From positions 1 through 59,666 of the forward strand of contig JAWOJY010000110.1 of NCBI GenBank assembly GCA_033854515.1: 59,666 nt of DNA. Direction: 5' to 3'. Shown one piece after another: positions 36,883 to 46,881 of this stretch (its first letter is position 1; each line of letters begins with the position of its first letter). Source of the DNA: Nitrospirota bacterium. Its GTDB lineage: Bacteria > Nitrospirota > UBA9217. The notes under the pieces are model-generated. The model made no database searches, was not told where the DNA came from, and worked only from the letters and a program-made list of their open reading frames with translations. Both the position numbers and the translations under genes were made by a program.

Positions 36883-39800
36883 ATGTCATTTGACAATTAT
36901 TTAATGCCAACGAAAGAACAGCTTGCAGGCTGCGGAATAGGGGATTGTGCTCAGGCGATCGCGAACCTGAAACTGATCGAAGGGCGGCTTGGCAGCGATG
37001 CGTCCGTGCTCATGCCTTTTCTTCTCGCCGATCTTTCGCGCGTTGCAGACCCTGATATGGCGCTCAACAATCTGGAACGGTTCGTAGGGGCCCTGAGCAA
37101 TGTCGCGGCTTTTGCATCGAACTGTCGCGCAAGGCCCGATATTCTTCTTTCTGTTCTGACACTGTGCGGGGCCAGCCGTTTTCTGTCGTCTTTTGTTATT
37201 GCGGCCGCTGACCGGGTCCTTCCGCTTCTCTCCGACCCTGCCTATCTTGCCAAACCCGCGGGCAAGAAAACCCTTTCCGATCGGCTGACCGTCACGGCGG
37301 GTAATGTTCGAAACGATAAGGATTTTTACGGAATTCTACGCGGTTTTCGAAAGCAGGAAATGCTCAGAATCGGTCTGCGCGATCTGCTCGGTAAGGCGGA
37401 TTTTCAGGAAACCGTCGATGAGTTGTCGGACCTTGCGGAGGTATGCCTACAGAGAGCGTATGAGTGGGCCGATTCGAACCTTCGGAAGAAGTACGGGAGG
37501 CCGATCGCCGTACGTGAAGATGGATCAGTCGTCACGGCGGGATTCGTCGTCATTGCCATGGGCAAGCTCGGCGGCCGGGAACTCAACTTCAGCTCCGATA
37601 TCGACCTCATGTACGTCTACTCCTCGGAGGGGGAGACCGAAGGAGCCGAGTCGCCGGACGGCGCACTGACGGCAAGATTGACCAACCATCAATACTTTGT
37701 AAAACTCGCCGAGAAAATTACGTCGATAATGGGACACAGCACCGAAGATGGCTTCGTGTTCAGGGTCGACCTCCGGCTGAGGCCTGAAGGTCAACGGGGT
37801 CCACTCGCGCAAAGCCTCGGCGGGTATGAGATTTACTACGAATCCTGGGGACAGACCTGGGAACGGTCCGCGCTCATAAAGGCGAGGCCGGTAGCCGGCG
37901 ATGAACGCGTGGGCAGAGAGTTCCTGGAGCGGATCGCGCCGTTCGTGTACCGTAAATACCTCGACTACGGCGCCATCTCCGAAATCAGTGAGATGAAAGG
38001 AAAAATCAATAAGGACGTTCAGCAGAAGGGGAAGACGTACCGCGATGTAAAACTGGGTTACGGCGGAATCCGGGAGATAGAGTTCGTCATCCAGGCGCTC
38101 CAACTTATCTACGCCGGCAGGGACAGGTCGCTTCGCGAGAAAAATTCGCTGAAAGCCCTCCATATGCTTTCGCAGAAGGGCCTCATCACCTATGAAGAGC
38201 ACGACGCGCTTTCAAAGGCTTATATATTCCTGCGAACGGTTGAGCACAGGATTCAGATCGAAAACGAGTTCCAGACGCAAACGCTTCCCCTGGATGAGCG
38301 GGATCTGCGCAGGCTGGCAAGACGGACGGGGTATCTCGAACCGGGCAGGGAGGCCGAGATGCTGCTCAGGGATTACGCGGCTCATACGCAGCGGGTCAGG
38401 GAAATCTACGATGACCTGTTCGCCTTCACGGGAGAAGGACGGCAGTTGGATACGCTGGACAGCGGACTGGACCGGCTCTCCGATCCCGGGACGTCCGAAC
38501 AAGAGGCCGTGGCCATACTCGAACGGTACGGGTTTCGGGACCCGGGAAAGGCGTACCGGAACATACTCCTGCTCCGCGAAGGTCCTGCCTTCGTCCACCA
38601 GACGCCGCGTGATCGCAAGGTGTTCGACGAAATTTTCCCGCTTCTGTTCCGCGAGGTCATCGCTTCACCTGATCCGGACATGGCGCTGAATCACCTTGAG
38701 TCTTTTCTCGCTGCCCAGGGCTCGTGGGACGCCTTCAGGTCTCATGTGCGAGAGCATGCCATGGCGGTAAAGATTCTTATCACTGTGTTTGCCAACAGTG
38801 AGTACCTCTCAAGGATGCTCGTGGTGAATCCCGGGCTCCTTGAGGACCTGGTCGACACCGGCAGGGCCTTCGGTGTCCGATCAACGGCAGAGCTCGCACA
38901 GGAACTGAATTATGCCCTGGACCGGGCGGGTAGCATCTCCGAGAGACTTGATGCCCTTCGAAGGTTCAAACACCGGGAGGAAATACGCATCGGCATGGCT
39001 GATCTGCTTTCCTTTATCAGGCCGCAGGCGGCCTCCCGTGCACTTTCCAGGCTCGCGGAAGTATGTCTCGCTGCTGCCTTGAATCTGGCCGCATCCGAAA
39101 TCGACAGACGGTATCCATGGTCGGACTCGTCCGCGGGGCTTGCCGTCCTGGGAGTAGGGAAACTCGGGGGCAGGGAACTGACCTACGGATCGGACCTCGA
39201 TATCATGTTCGTGTATTCTGAAAGCAGGGCAGGAGCGCCCCCGGCCGGCATCACGACGTTTGAGTATTACAGCAAAGTAGCGGAGAAGACTCTGTCCTAT
39301 CTCACGACTATGACGCGCGAAGGCTACGCCTACCGCGTAGATACGCGCCTTCGGCCCGGCGGTTCAAAAGGGCCGCTCGTTCAGAGCATTTCAGCATTTG
39401 TCAATTACTATGCCTCTCAAGCCCGAACGTGGGAACGCCAGGCGTTAATAAATGCGCGCTGCGTGGCCGGGAACCGCGCTGTCGGCGAAGAGTTTGCAGT
39501 GAGCATGGGAGAATTGATTTATCGGGAGACGGACAGATCTGTTCTGGCAACCGACATCCGAACCATGCGTGCGAGGATGGAGGATGAAATCGCCGGAAAA
39601 AGCGCGGCCTTCTACAACATCAAGCAGGGAGCCGGCGGCATCGTCGACATAGAGTTCCTCATCCAGTATCTGCAGCTCCTTCATGGCCGCGATAACCCGG
39701 CGCTCAGAATCCCGGGCACATACAATGCCCTCATGACTCTTAAAAGGCTGAAAATCTTCGATTCCGAAACCTTCGGAATACTGAAACAGGCGTACCTGTT

Positions 39801-40005
39801 TTTACGGTTGCTCGAAAGCAGAATCCGCGTTGTTACGAACCAGGCCGCAGACGATTTGAGCAAAAATCCTGAAAAACTCCAGACGCTGGCCCGCCGTATG
39901 GGGTATAGGGATGACGAACAAACCGCGGGCAGGAAAATTCTCAGTGATTACGAAAATCTCAGGCTACGCGTTCGCGAAATGTTTAACAGAATCGTGCATG
40001 CTTGA
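36883..40005 (+). CDS. glnE: Bifunctional glutamine synthetase adenylyltransferase/deadenylase
   Basis: Two nucleotidyltransferase repeats: MGKLGGRELNFSSDIDL/RVDLRLRP.G/GQTWER/KLGYGGIREIEF and GKLGGRELTYGSDLD/VDTRLRPGG/WERQAL/GGIVDIEF. Confidence 0.95.
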   Translation: MSFDNYLMPTKEQLAGCGIGDCAQAIANLKLIEGRLGSDASVLMPFLLADLSRVADPDMALNNLERFVGALSNVAAFASNCRARPDILLSVLTLCGASRFLSSFVIAAADRVLPLLSDPAYLAKPAGKKTLSDRLTVTAGNVRNDKDFYGILRGFRKQEMLRIGLRDLLGKADFQETVDELSDLAEVCLQRAYEWADSNLRKKYGRPIAVREDGSVVTAGFVVIAMGKLGGRELNFSSDIDLMYVYSSEGETEGAESPDGALTARLTNHQYFVKLAEKITSIMGHSTEDGFVFRVDLRLRPEGQRGPLAQSLGGYEIYYESWGQTWERSALIKARPVAGDERVGREFLERIAPFVYRKYLDYGAISEISEMKGKINKDVQQKGKTYRDVKLGYGGIREIEFVIQALQLIYAGRDRSLREKNSLKALHMLSQKGLITYEEHDALSKAYIFLRTVEHRIQIENEFQTQTLPLDERDLRRLARRTGYLEPGREAEMLLRDYAAHTQRVREIYDDLFAFTGEGRQLDTLDSGLDRLSDPGTSEQEAVAILERYGFRDPGKAYRNILLLREGPAFVHQTPRDRKVFDEIFPLLFREVIASPDPDMALNHLESFLAAQGSWDAFRSHVREHAMAVKILITVFANSEYLSRMLVVNPGLLEDLVDTGRAFGVRSTAELAQELNYALDRAGSISERLDALRRFKHREEIRIGMADLLSFIRPQAASRALSRLAEVCLAAALNLAASEIDRRYPWSDSSAGLAVLGVGKLGGRELTYGSDLDIMFVYSESRAGAPPAGITTFEYYSKVAEKTLSYLTTMTREGYAYRVDTRLRPGGSKGPLVQSISAFVNYYASQARTWERQALINARCVAGNRAVGEEFAVSMGELIYRETDRSVLATDIRTMRARMEDEIAGKSAAFYNIKQGAGGIVDIEFLIQYLQLLHGRDNPALRIPGTYNALMTLKRLKIFDSETFGILKQAYLFLRLLESRIRVVTNQAADDLSKNPEKLQTLARRMGYRDDEQTAGRKILSDYENLRLRVREMFNRIVHA

Positions 40006-40082
40006 TCTCCGTCACCGCCATATGAAGTGATCCGTAAACAAGGCCTATCCCGTCCTCTTCCCGGGCGTTCAGTGATTTCTTT

Positions 40083-40110
40083 GCCGCGAATGTGCAGGGC
40101 GGCTTTTTTT
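40083..40110 (+). terminator. Probable intrinsic terminator after glnE
   Basis: GCCGC-loop-GCGGC followed by T7. Confidence 0.55.
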
Positions 40111-40311
40111 ATCGGGGGCGACATAACGAGTTCCACCTCGGGGACAACGACGAAAACGACCTTCGTAAATGAAAACATTCTCTTGAGCGCCAACGGCGAC
40201 TTCCAGCCGTACAAGGGCAACGTGGTGAATGTCGTCATCTTCGGAGGGCCGATCTTCAATCTGTTGTTATGCCGATATCAATACGATGACCGGCGCCGTT
40301 ACCCAGCGGGG

Positions 40312-40343
40312 CCCGGCTTACTTAAAAGCCGGGTTTTTTATTT
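40312..40343 (+). terminator. Second intrinsic terminator in the glnE-TSUP gap
   Basis: CCCGGCTT-loop-AAGCCGGG followed by TTTTTTATTT. Confidence 0.65.
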
Positions 40344-40503
40344 CGAGGCCGAAGCTAAAAATAATAACACCAACCACGGGCGTGTGTCATCCTCATCTCT
40401 TTTCATTTTTTTTCAATGACGCAGTTTTCGTTGTTCATAAATGAATTTTATAACGACTTCCGATGAATTTATGGATCTATTGCGACGAAAAGCAACATTT
40501 TCC

Positions 40504-40577
40504 TTGACACTCAACAGTCATTATAATAACATAACATATTGTTCAAATTTGAAACCTTATTATTGCATAATGCAATA
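40504..40577 (+). promoter_or_regulatory. Promoter and palindromic operator upstream of the TSUP gene
   Basis: TTGACA(40504)-17 nt-TAACAT(40527); perfect palindromes TATTGCAT-A-ATGCAATA (40561-40577) and TTCAAATTTGAA. Confidence 0.5.
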
Positions 40578-40632
40578 GTTGATTTTTAAAAAGGATTCTC
40601 GATTGCATTTGTTAAGGAGGGAATGAACGAAA

Positions 40633-41616
40633 ATGGTACCGCATTATTCGAAGATATTGATTCAGGTTTTTATCATTTTCACCCTGCTGTGTGCTGCAGG
40701 AGTGGCGTTCGCCTGGGCTGACGTGCAGGAAGCTTCCGCATCTGCGGCTGTGTCTTCAAACGTTCCGTCGATACCCTGGTGGGTATGGCCGACCATGCTT
40801 TTCGTCGTCACGTTCGTATTGGGAATTCTTGCCGTTTTGGGCGGTGTAGGCGGAGGAGTGCTATTTGTGCCGATCGTCGGCGGATTTTTCCCATTCCATC
40901 TCGATTTCGTCAGGGGAGCGGGACTTCTGGTTGCTCTTTCGGGGGCGCTTGCTGCAGGCCCTGGCCTGTTAAAGAGGAACCTTGCCAGTCTTCGCCTTTC
41001 CCTTCCCGTGGCGCTGATTGCGTCATCTGCCGCTATCGTCGGCGCGATGATCGGCCTTGCCCTGCCCACGGAAGTGGTCCAGACGCTGCTCGGCCTCACT
41101 ATTTTGTTCATCGTTCTCATCATGGGCATAGCGAAGAAATCCGATTTTCCGCATGTTCCACGGCCGGACAACTTGTCGCAGAGCCTCGGGATAATGGGCA
41201 TTTACAGGGAGGAATCAATCGGGAAGGACGTTGAATGGAGCGTCCACAAGACGCCGCACGGCCTGGCCCTCTTCATCGTAATCGGCATCATGGCGGGCTT
41301 GTTCGGCCTGGGTGCGGGATGGGCAAACGTCCCGGTCCTGAACCTTATGATGGGTGCCCCGCTCAAAATTTCAGTCGCAACGAGTAAATTCCTGCTTTCG
41401 ATAACCGACACCTCCGCGGCCTGGGTTTATCTGAACCAGGGGGCGGTACTGCCCATGATCGTCGTGCCCTCCATCGTCGGGATCATGCTCGGTTCCATTG
41501 TCGGCGTCAAAATTCTTGCAAAGGCAAAACCCAGAGCCATCAAATGGATGGTGATCGGCCTCTTGCTTTTTGCCGGTCTCAGGGCCCTCCTCAAAGGGCT
41601 TGCAATCTGGAAATAG
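40633..41616 (+). CDS. Sulfite exporter TauE/SafE (TSUP) family membrane protein
   Basis: GVGGGVLFVP and GLFGLGAGWANVP repeats, many TM helices, SD AAGGAGG. Confidence 0.9.
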   Translation: MVPHYSKILIQVFIIFTLLCAAGVAFAWADVQEASASAAVSSNVPSIPWWVWPTMLFVVTFVLGILAVLGGVGGGVLFVPIVGGFFPFHLDFVRGAGLLVALSGALAAGPGLLKRNLASLRLSLPVALIASSAAIVGAMIGLALPTEVVQTLLGLTILFIVLIMGIAKKSDFPHVPRPDNLSQSLGIMGIYREESIGKDVEWSVHKTPHGLALFIVIGIMAGLFGLGAGWANVPVLNLMMGAPLKISVATSKFLLSITDTSAAWVYLNQGAVLPMIVVPSIVGIMLGSIVGVKILAKAKPRAIKWMVIGLLLFAGLRALLKGLAIWK

Positions 41617-41628
41617 GAGGAATCTGAA

Positions 41629-42048
41629 ATGAGCAGTGAGAGAACCAAGGCATCGGAAGAGCAGATAGCATACGCAAAAGTTCTGAACATAGGGATGTGG
41701 TTCGGGCTCCTCGTACTTGTCGTCACGTTCTTTGCGTACATCTCGGGGTCGATTTCATGTTTTGTCTCCATCGAGGACCTGCCCAAATATTGGACTATGA
41801 AAGCAAAAGATTATATCCACGCGTGCAGCGCTCCGACCGGCTGGGGATGGACCGGGCATATAGGAAGGGGCGACTATATGAATTTTATCGGCATTGTGAT
41901 CCTTTCAGGTTTGACCATACTGTGCTATCTTGTGGTATTACCCATTCTCATAAGAAAAAAAGACAGGCCCTACGTGATTATCGCCATTGCCGAAATCGCT
42001 GTTCTGGTTCTCGCGGCGAGCGGCTTATTGAAATCGGGTGGCCACTAG
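41629..42048 (+). CDS. DUF1634-like membrane protein, partner of the TSUP
   Basis: EEQ..YA..L, P.GWGW...GDY.NF.GI and three TM helices; usual neighbour of this TSUP subfamily. Confidence 0.8.
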   Translation: MSSERTKASEEQIAYAKVLNIGMWFGLLVLVVTFFAYISGSISCFVSIEDLPKYWTMKAKDYIHACSAPTGWGWTGHIGRGDYMNFIGIVILSGLTILCYLVVLPILIRKKDRPYVIIAIAEIAVLVLAASGLLKSGGH

Positions 42049-42110
42049 GCTTTTTCGGCCGCCCATTGGTTGAGGAAACAGCGCGACGACAGCCGGTCCA
42101 GCTCGTGACG

Positions 42111-42160
42111 ACCCTCGCCAGTTCTCCTTTCAGGAAAGAGCAGGCGAGGGTTTTTATTTT
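42111..42160 (+). terminator. Intrinsic terminator of the TSUP operon
   Basis: ACCCTCGCC...GGCGAGGGT stem followed by TTTTATTTT. Confidence 0.7.
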
Positions 42161-42237
42161 GCACACACCCAGATAACCCACTGACTTTTTCACCCTTACA
42201 TCCTGGCCTCACGGCAGCCCGTCCCTGTAAATTTCTG

Positions 42238-42266
42238 TTTACACAATTGCCTGTTAATGATATAGT
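42238..42266 (+). promoter_or_regulatory. Sigma70-type promoter of the bamA-lpx cluster
   Basis: TTTACA-17 nt-TATAGT with a TG extension. Confidence 0.6.
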
Positions 42267-42302
42267 ATTTTGCTTTTATTCGGGACGGAGGATGCAGGTA
42301 AC

Positions 42303-44699
42303 GTGCTTAAAAAATTAGCGGCCGTTTTTGTTGTTGTGGTGCTGACGGCGGTTTTTGCTGTGCCCTCCGTATCGGCGGAGGATGTGAAAGTCACGCTGGT
42401 CGAAGTCCAGGGAAACAGGAGAATAGAGACGGCGACCATCCTTGCCAAGATAAAGACCAGAGAAGGTCAGGTCTTTTCTCCTGCCCAGATCAGAGAAGAC
42501 ATTAAAACCCTGTACCAGCTCGGCCACTTTGAAGACGTCCAGGTGAAGACTGAAGGTTTCGAAAATGGCATTAAGGTCATTTTTTATGTCAAGGAAAAGC
42601 CGCTTATCCGCGAGATAAGTTTCGCGGGAAATGAGGCGATAGACACAGAGGACCTGAAAAAGGAAATCACGCTCCTTCCCCGGACGGCGTACAATGTCCA
42701 GCTCATAGAGGAAAATGCGGAAAAGATCCGCCTCAAGTACCAGGACAAAGGTTATTTTAACGCCGTTGTCGTTCCAGTGGTGACCGAGCTGCGGGGCGGT
42801 GACCGCAATGTCGTGTTCTTTATCGAAGAAGGAGAAAAAATCAAATTATACAAGATCATTTTTACGGGAAATAAAGCTCTATCGTCGAGCGAAATCAAGA
42901 AGGCCTTGAAGACGCAGGAACACTGGTTTTTCTCGTTCTTAGGCCGCAGCGGCACACTGAGGACCCAAGAATTACGGGACGATGTCGAGACTATCAAGAA
43001 CCTTTATTACAACATAGGATACATACAGGTGCAGGTGGATGAACCGATAATAGAGAAAATGACACCCACCCGGTACACGTTTCAGCTCATGGGTCAGACG
43101 GAGACGTATGCGAACAAGCATGAAAACGAACTCGTCGTCCGCATCAATATCAAGGAAGGCGACCAATTTCGTGTGAGTTCGATCAGCTTTAAGGGCAATA
43201 AGCTCCTATCCGATGAAGACCTGAAAAAGGAGATGAAACTCAAGCCCGGAGACATTTTCAGCAGGGACACGCTCAGGCAGGACGTGGGGAGGATCATGGA
43301 TCGCTACGACGGCCTCTCCCGCCCTTTTGCCAGCGTCGTGCCGCTCTTTGCGATAGACGCTGAAAAGAAAACCGTCGCCCTCTCGATGGAGATCGAGGAA
43401 GGCGACCAGGTGCGTATCGGCAGGATAGACATTACCGGAAACGTCAAGACCCGTGACAAGGTGATCCGACGCGAAATGCGTCTTGATGAGGGCGATCTCT
43501 ACAGCAAGAAGGCGCTCAAACGGAGCTACGAGAGGCTCAATAACCTTAACTTTTTCGAATCCATTGACATCGTTCCCGAGCGCAGGCAGCGGGAACCCAT
43601 TATGGACCTTGACGTCAAGGTGAAAGAAAAGCTCACCGGAACCCTGAGCGTCGGAGGAGGGTACAGCTCCGTCGATCATTTGATCGGCATTGCCGAGATC
43701 ACTCAGGGAAATCTCGGCGGACGCGGCCAGCTTCTCAAGTTCAAGACTCAGTTGGGAAGCAGATCGAGGCTGTTTTTGCTCAGTTTTATGGAACCCTATC
43801 TCTTTGATAAACCGATATGGGGCAGGGTGGATATATACAATCAGACGCAGAAGTATGACGGCTACGATCTTAACACGAACGGCTTTGCCTTGGGCGTGGG
43901 AAAAAGTTACGGCGAATACGTCTCGGCCTCCCTCAGATACAGCTTCGACAGATCCGATGTTACGAACTTGTCGACGACGCCGCCGTTCATTATTCAAAAA
44001 CAGATCGAGGACTACGGCAAGACCATCACCACGAGCGCAGTCACCGCGAGCCTGATCAGGGATTCACGCGACTATTTTCTCGATCCCAAGACCGGCTCCC
44101 GGAACAGTGTGCTTTTCGAATACGCCGGCGGCCCTCTCGGCGGCGACCCGGAATTCATCAAGTCCGTTGCCGATTCGAGCTGGTTCTTCCCCTTGTTTTG
44201 GGACACGGTGTTCATGGTCCGCGGACGTTTCGGGTACGCCACTTCACTCATCGACAAACCCCTCCCCGTGGGTGAGCGGTTCTTTGTCGGCGGAACCGGC
44301 ACCGTACGGGGTTTCAAGTACGGGTCCGCAGGCCCTAAGGAACCGATATACGGTCCGGTGTATACTGTGAAGAACCCATTTGGCAACCCGCAGCTCACGG
44401 GAGAACAAATCGTCGATTTTAATAACATAGGAGGAACGAAAGAGCTCATTTTCAACGCAGAGTACAGTTTCCCGATAGTTCCCGCGGCGCGGCTCAAGGG
44501 CGTGTTGTTTTACGATATCGGCAAGGCGTTTGATGATCACGAGCCCGTTGAGTTCAGTAGCTTGAAACAGTCGTTCGGATGGGGGTTCTGGTGGCTCACC
44601 CCGATCGGACCGCTCAGGTTCGAATGGGGATATATAATCCACAAGAAGCCAGAAGACCAGCCGAGCCAGTTTGATTTTTCCATCGGTACTCAATTTTAA
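42303..44699 (+). CDS. bamA: Outer membrane protein assembly factor BamA
   Basis: Signal peptide (GTG 42303), five POTRA repeats, N..GRGQ, VRGF motif and a C-terminal FSIGTQF. Confidence 0.96.
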   Translation: MLKKLAAVFVVVVLTAVFAVPSVSAEDVKVTLVEVQGNRRIETATILAKIKTREGQVFSPAQIREDIKTLYQLGHFEDVQVKTEGFENGIKVIFYVKEKPLIREISFAGNEAIDTEDLKKEITLLPRTAYNVQLIEENAEKIRLKYQDKGYFNAVVVPVVTELRGGDRNVVFFIEEGEKIKLYKIIFTGNKALSSSEIKKALKTQEHWFFSFLGRSGTLRTQELRDDVETIKNLYYNIGYIQVQVDEPIIEKMTPTRYTFQLMGQTETYANKHENELVVRINIKEGDQFRVSSISFKGNKLLSDEDLKKEMKLKPGDIFSRDTLRQDVGRIMDRYDGLSRPFASVVPLFAIDAEKKTVALSMEIEEGDQVRIGRIDITGNVKTRDKVIRREMRLDEGDLYSKKALKRSYERLNNLNFFESIDIVPERRQREPIMDLDVKVKEKLTGTLSVGGGYSSVDHLIGIAEITQGNLGGRGQLLKFKTQLGSRSRLFLLSFMEPYLFDKPIWGRVDIYNQTQKYDGYDLNTNGFALGVGKSYGEYVSASLRYSFDRSDVTNLSTTPPFIIQKQIEDYGKTITTSAVTASLIRDSRDYFLDPKTGSRNSVLFEYAGGPLGGDPEFIKSVADSSWFFPLFWDTVFMVRGRFGYATSLIDKPLPVGERFFVGGTGTVRGFKYGSAGPKEPIYGPVYTVKNPFGNPQLTGEQIVDFNNIGGTKELIFNAEYSFPIVPAARLKGVLFYDIGKAFDDHEPVEFSSLKQSFGWGFWWLTPIGPLRFEWGYIIHKKPEDQPSQFDFSIGTQF

Positions 44700-44792
44700 G
44701 CGCATGGCTGGCGGGACCTTGGTTCCGCTCCCGGAGGCGTCACATAGAGCGGATATCTGATATCAGTATTAAAATATGAGGAGGCGGTTCTA

Positions 44793-45341
44793 ATGAAGAA
44801 AAAGATTGTTCTGACAGTTGTAGCGTTGAGTATAGTCGCAGCCACAGCAATGGCGGCGAGCGGCAAGATCGGATACGTCGATACGCAGATAGTTTTTGAA
44901 AAAACCAAACTGGGGCAGAAATATCAGGGCATCGTGCGGGAATATTACGAAAGCCGCAAAAAAATACTCGATGAGGACGCAGGTGATATCCAGAAGCTTC
45001 AGGAGGACTACAAGAAGCAGGCCTCAGTGATGAACGAGAAGGCGAGAAAGGAAAAAGAGGAAAATATCAACAGCAAGATCAGCGATTTCGAGAAGAAGCG
45101 GTCGGAATTTAACGCTGAAATCGCCAAGAAAAACGACGAACTTTCGAAAGAGTTCGACCAGGCCCTGATGGCTGTGTTGAAAGAGATCGCCAAGAAGGAA
45201 AAGTTTGACATCGTGCTCAATAAGACCATAAACGTAGGGCCGAAAACCGATGTCCCCGCTGTTCTCTTTGCCGATGAAAGCCTTAACCTGACAGACAAGG
45301 TGATCAGCGAAATGGACAAGAAATCGGATACAAAGAACTAA
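44793..45341 (+). CDS. skp: OmpH/Skp periplasmic chaperone
   Basis: Signal peptide, KIGYVD, coiled coil, NLTDKVI; lies between bamA and lpxD. Confidence 0.9.
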   Translation: MKKKIVLTVVALSIVAATAMAASGKIGYVDTQIVFEKTKLGQKYQGIVREYYESRKKILDEDAGDIQKLQEDYKKQASVMNEKARKEKEENINSKISDFEKKRSEFNAEIAKKNDELSKEFDQALMAVLKEIAKKEKFDIVLNKTINVGPKTDVPAVLFADESLNLTDKVISEMDKKSDTKN

Positions 45342-45385
45342 AATGAAGCAGAAGATTCTTATCTCTCCTCATTGCGGGGACGGCC

Positions 45386-46414
45386 ATGAAACTCAGGGAC
45401 CTGGCAACAAAACTCGGCGCTGACCTCTCGGGCGCGGGGGACATAGAGATAACAGGCGCGAGAGGTGTGCGTGAAGCCGGCGAAGGACACATAACGTACA
45501 TCGCCGATAGAAAGCACCTCAATGACCTGAAGGATTCGCATGCCTCGGCTGCAATCGTGCCTCTCGACGCGACCGGAGTGGGCATGCCCGTACTTTGTGT
45601 CGAAAATCCGCGGCTGACGTTTGCCAGGACGCTTGAGCTGCTTTACGGAGCGCCTTACAGCGCTTCAGGCATCAGCGACAGGGCGGTAATAGGAAGCAAT
45701 GTCGTCTTCGGCGCAGACCCGTCAGTGCACCCCTATGTCGTGGTGGAAGACGGTGCGAAACTCGGACGCAGGGTTACGCTCTATCCCGGCGTGTATGTGG
45801 GCAGGGACACATCCATCGGCGACGACTGTATCATATATTCGAACGTGAGCATCCGCGAAGGCGTGACGATCGGCAGCAGAGTGATCATCCATGCCGGCGC
45901 GGTGATCGGCAGTGACGGCTTCGGGTTCGTGACCGAAAGCGGCATGCATCATAAAATCCCCCAGGTCGGCGGGGTAATCATAGAGGACGATGTGGAAATC
46001 GGCGCAAACTGTACTATCGACCGTGCCACGCTCGGCAATACGTTGATCAAAGGGGGAACCAAGATCGATAACCTTGTGCATATCGCGCACAACGTCACAG
46101 TGGGAGAGCACTGTCTGCTTGCGGGGCAGGTTGGTATCGCAGGGAGCACGACGCTCGGAAATTACGTGGTCCTGGCCGGTCAGGTGGGAGTAGCCGACCA
46201 CGTAAGCATAGGGGACCAAGTGATTGCAGCAGCAAAGTCGGGGATCATAAAAGACATTCCGCAGAACGAAGTGGTCGGCGGATACTATGCAATGCCCCAG
46301 CGGGAGTGGCTCAAGGTCCAGGCTGTTCTTCCGAAATTACCGGAACTCAAGAAGCGTATCGTCGAGCTGGAGAATCAGATAAAGGACCTGCAGAAGAAAC
46401 TATCAGGCACATAA
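45386..46414 (+). CDS. lpxD: UDP-3-O-acylglucosamine N-acyltransferase
   Basis: Hexapeptide repeats, GSDGFG, KIPQVGGV, IDRA and KIDNLVHIAHNV motifs. Confidence 0.96.
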   Translation: MKLRDLATKLGADLSGAGDIEITGARGVREAGEGHITYIADRKHLNDLKDSHASAAIVPLDATGVGMPVLCVENPRLTFARTLELLYGAPYSASGISDRAVIGSNVVFGADPSVHPYVVVEDGAKLGRRVTLYPGVYVGRDTSIGDDCIIYSNVSIREGVTIGSRVIIHAGAVIGSDGFGFVTESGMHHKIPQVGGVIIEDDVEIGANCTIDRATLGNTLIKGGTKIDNLVHIAHNVTVGEHCLLAGQVGIAGSTTLGNYVVLAGQVGVADHVSIGDQVIAAAKSGIIKDIPQNEVVGGYYAMPQREWLKVQAVLPKLPELKKRIVELENQIKDLQKKLSGT

Positions 46415-46428
46415 AGGGGGGAGAATAC

Positions 46429-46881
46429 ATGATCGACATTAATGAAATTATTAATACGCTTCCTCACCGGTATCCGTTTCTTTTGATCGACCGGATAGTC
46501 GAGCTTGAGGCGGGTAAGCGCGCTGTGGGAATAAAAAACGTGACGATCAATGAGCCTTTTTTCCAAGGTCACTTTCCCGGCCATCCGATCATGCCCGGGG
46601 TTCTGCTCCTTGAGGCGATGGCACAGACGGGAGGCGTGTTGGCCCTCAAATCAGTCCCTGAAACTGAAATCAAAAACAAGGTGATCTACTTTATGAGCAT
46701 CGATAAGGCCAAATTCCGCAAACCGGTAATTCCCGGAGACCAGGTGCGCTTAGAGATCGAGATGGTCAGGCAGCGCTCCAACATCACCAGCCTGAAGGCT
46801 CAGGCGTTTGTCGACGGCGCGCTTGTATCCGAGGCGGAGATGATGGCCATGATTGTCGATAAGGACAAACAGGAGAAGTAA
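46429..46881 (+). CDS. fabZ: 3-hydroxyacyl-ACP dehydratase
   Basis: LPHRYPFLLIDR and NEPFFQGHFP..PIMPGVL..EAMAQ motifs. Confidence 0.96.
   Translation: MIDINEIINTLPHRYPFLLIDRIVELEAGKRAVGIKNVTINEPFFQGHFPGHPIMPGVLLLEAMAQTGGVLALKSVPETEIKNKVIYFMSIDKAKFRKPVIPGDQVRLEIEMVRQRSNITSLKAQAFVDGALVSEAEMMAMIVDKDKQEK

Noticed and set aside
40440-40458. Possible Rex box (ATGAATTTTATAACGA)
   Set aside because: Too many mismatches to TTGTGAA-N4-TTCACAA in an AT-rich region
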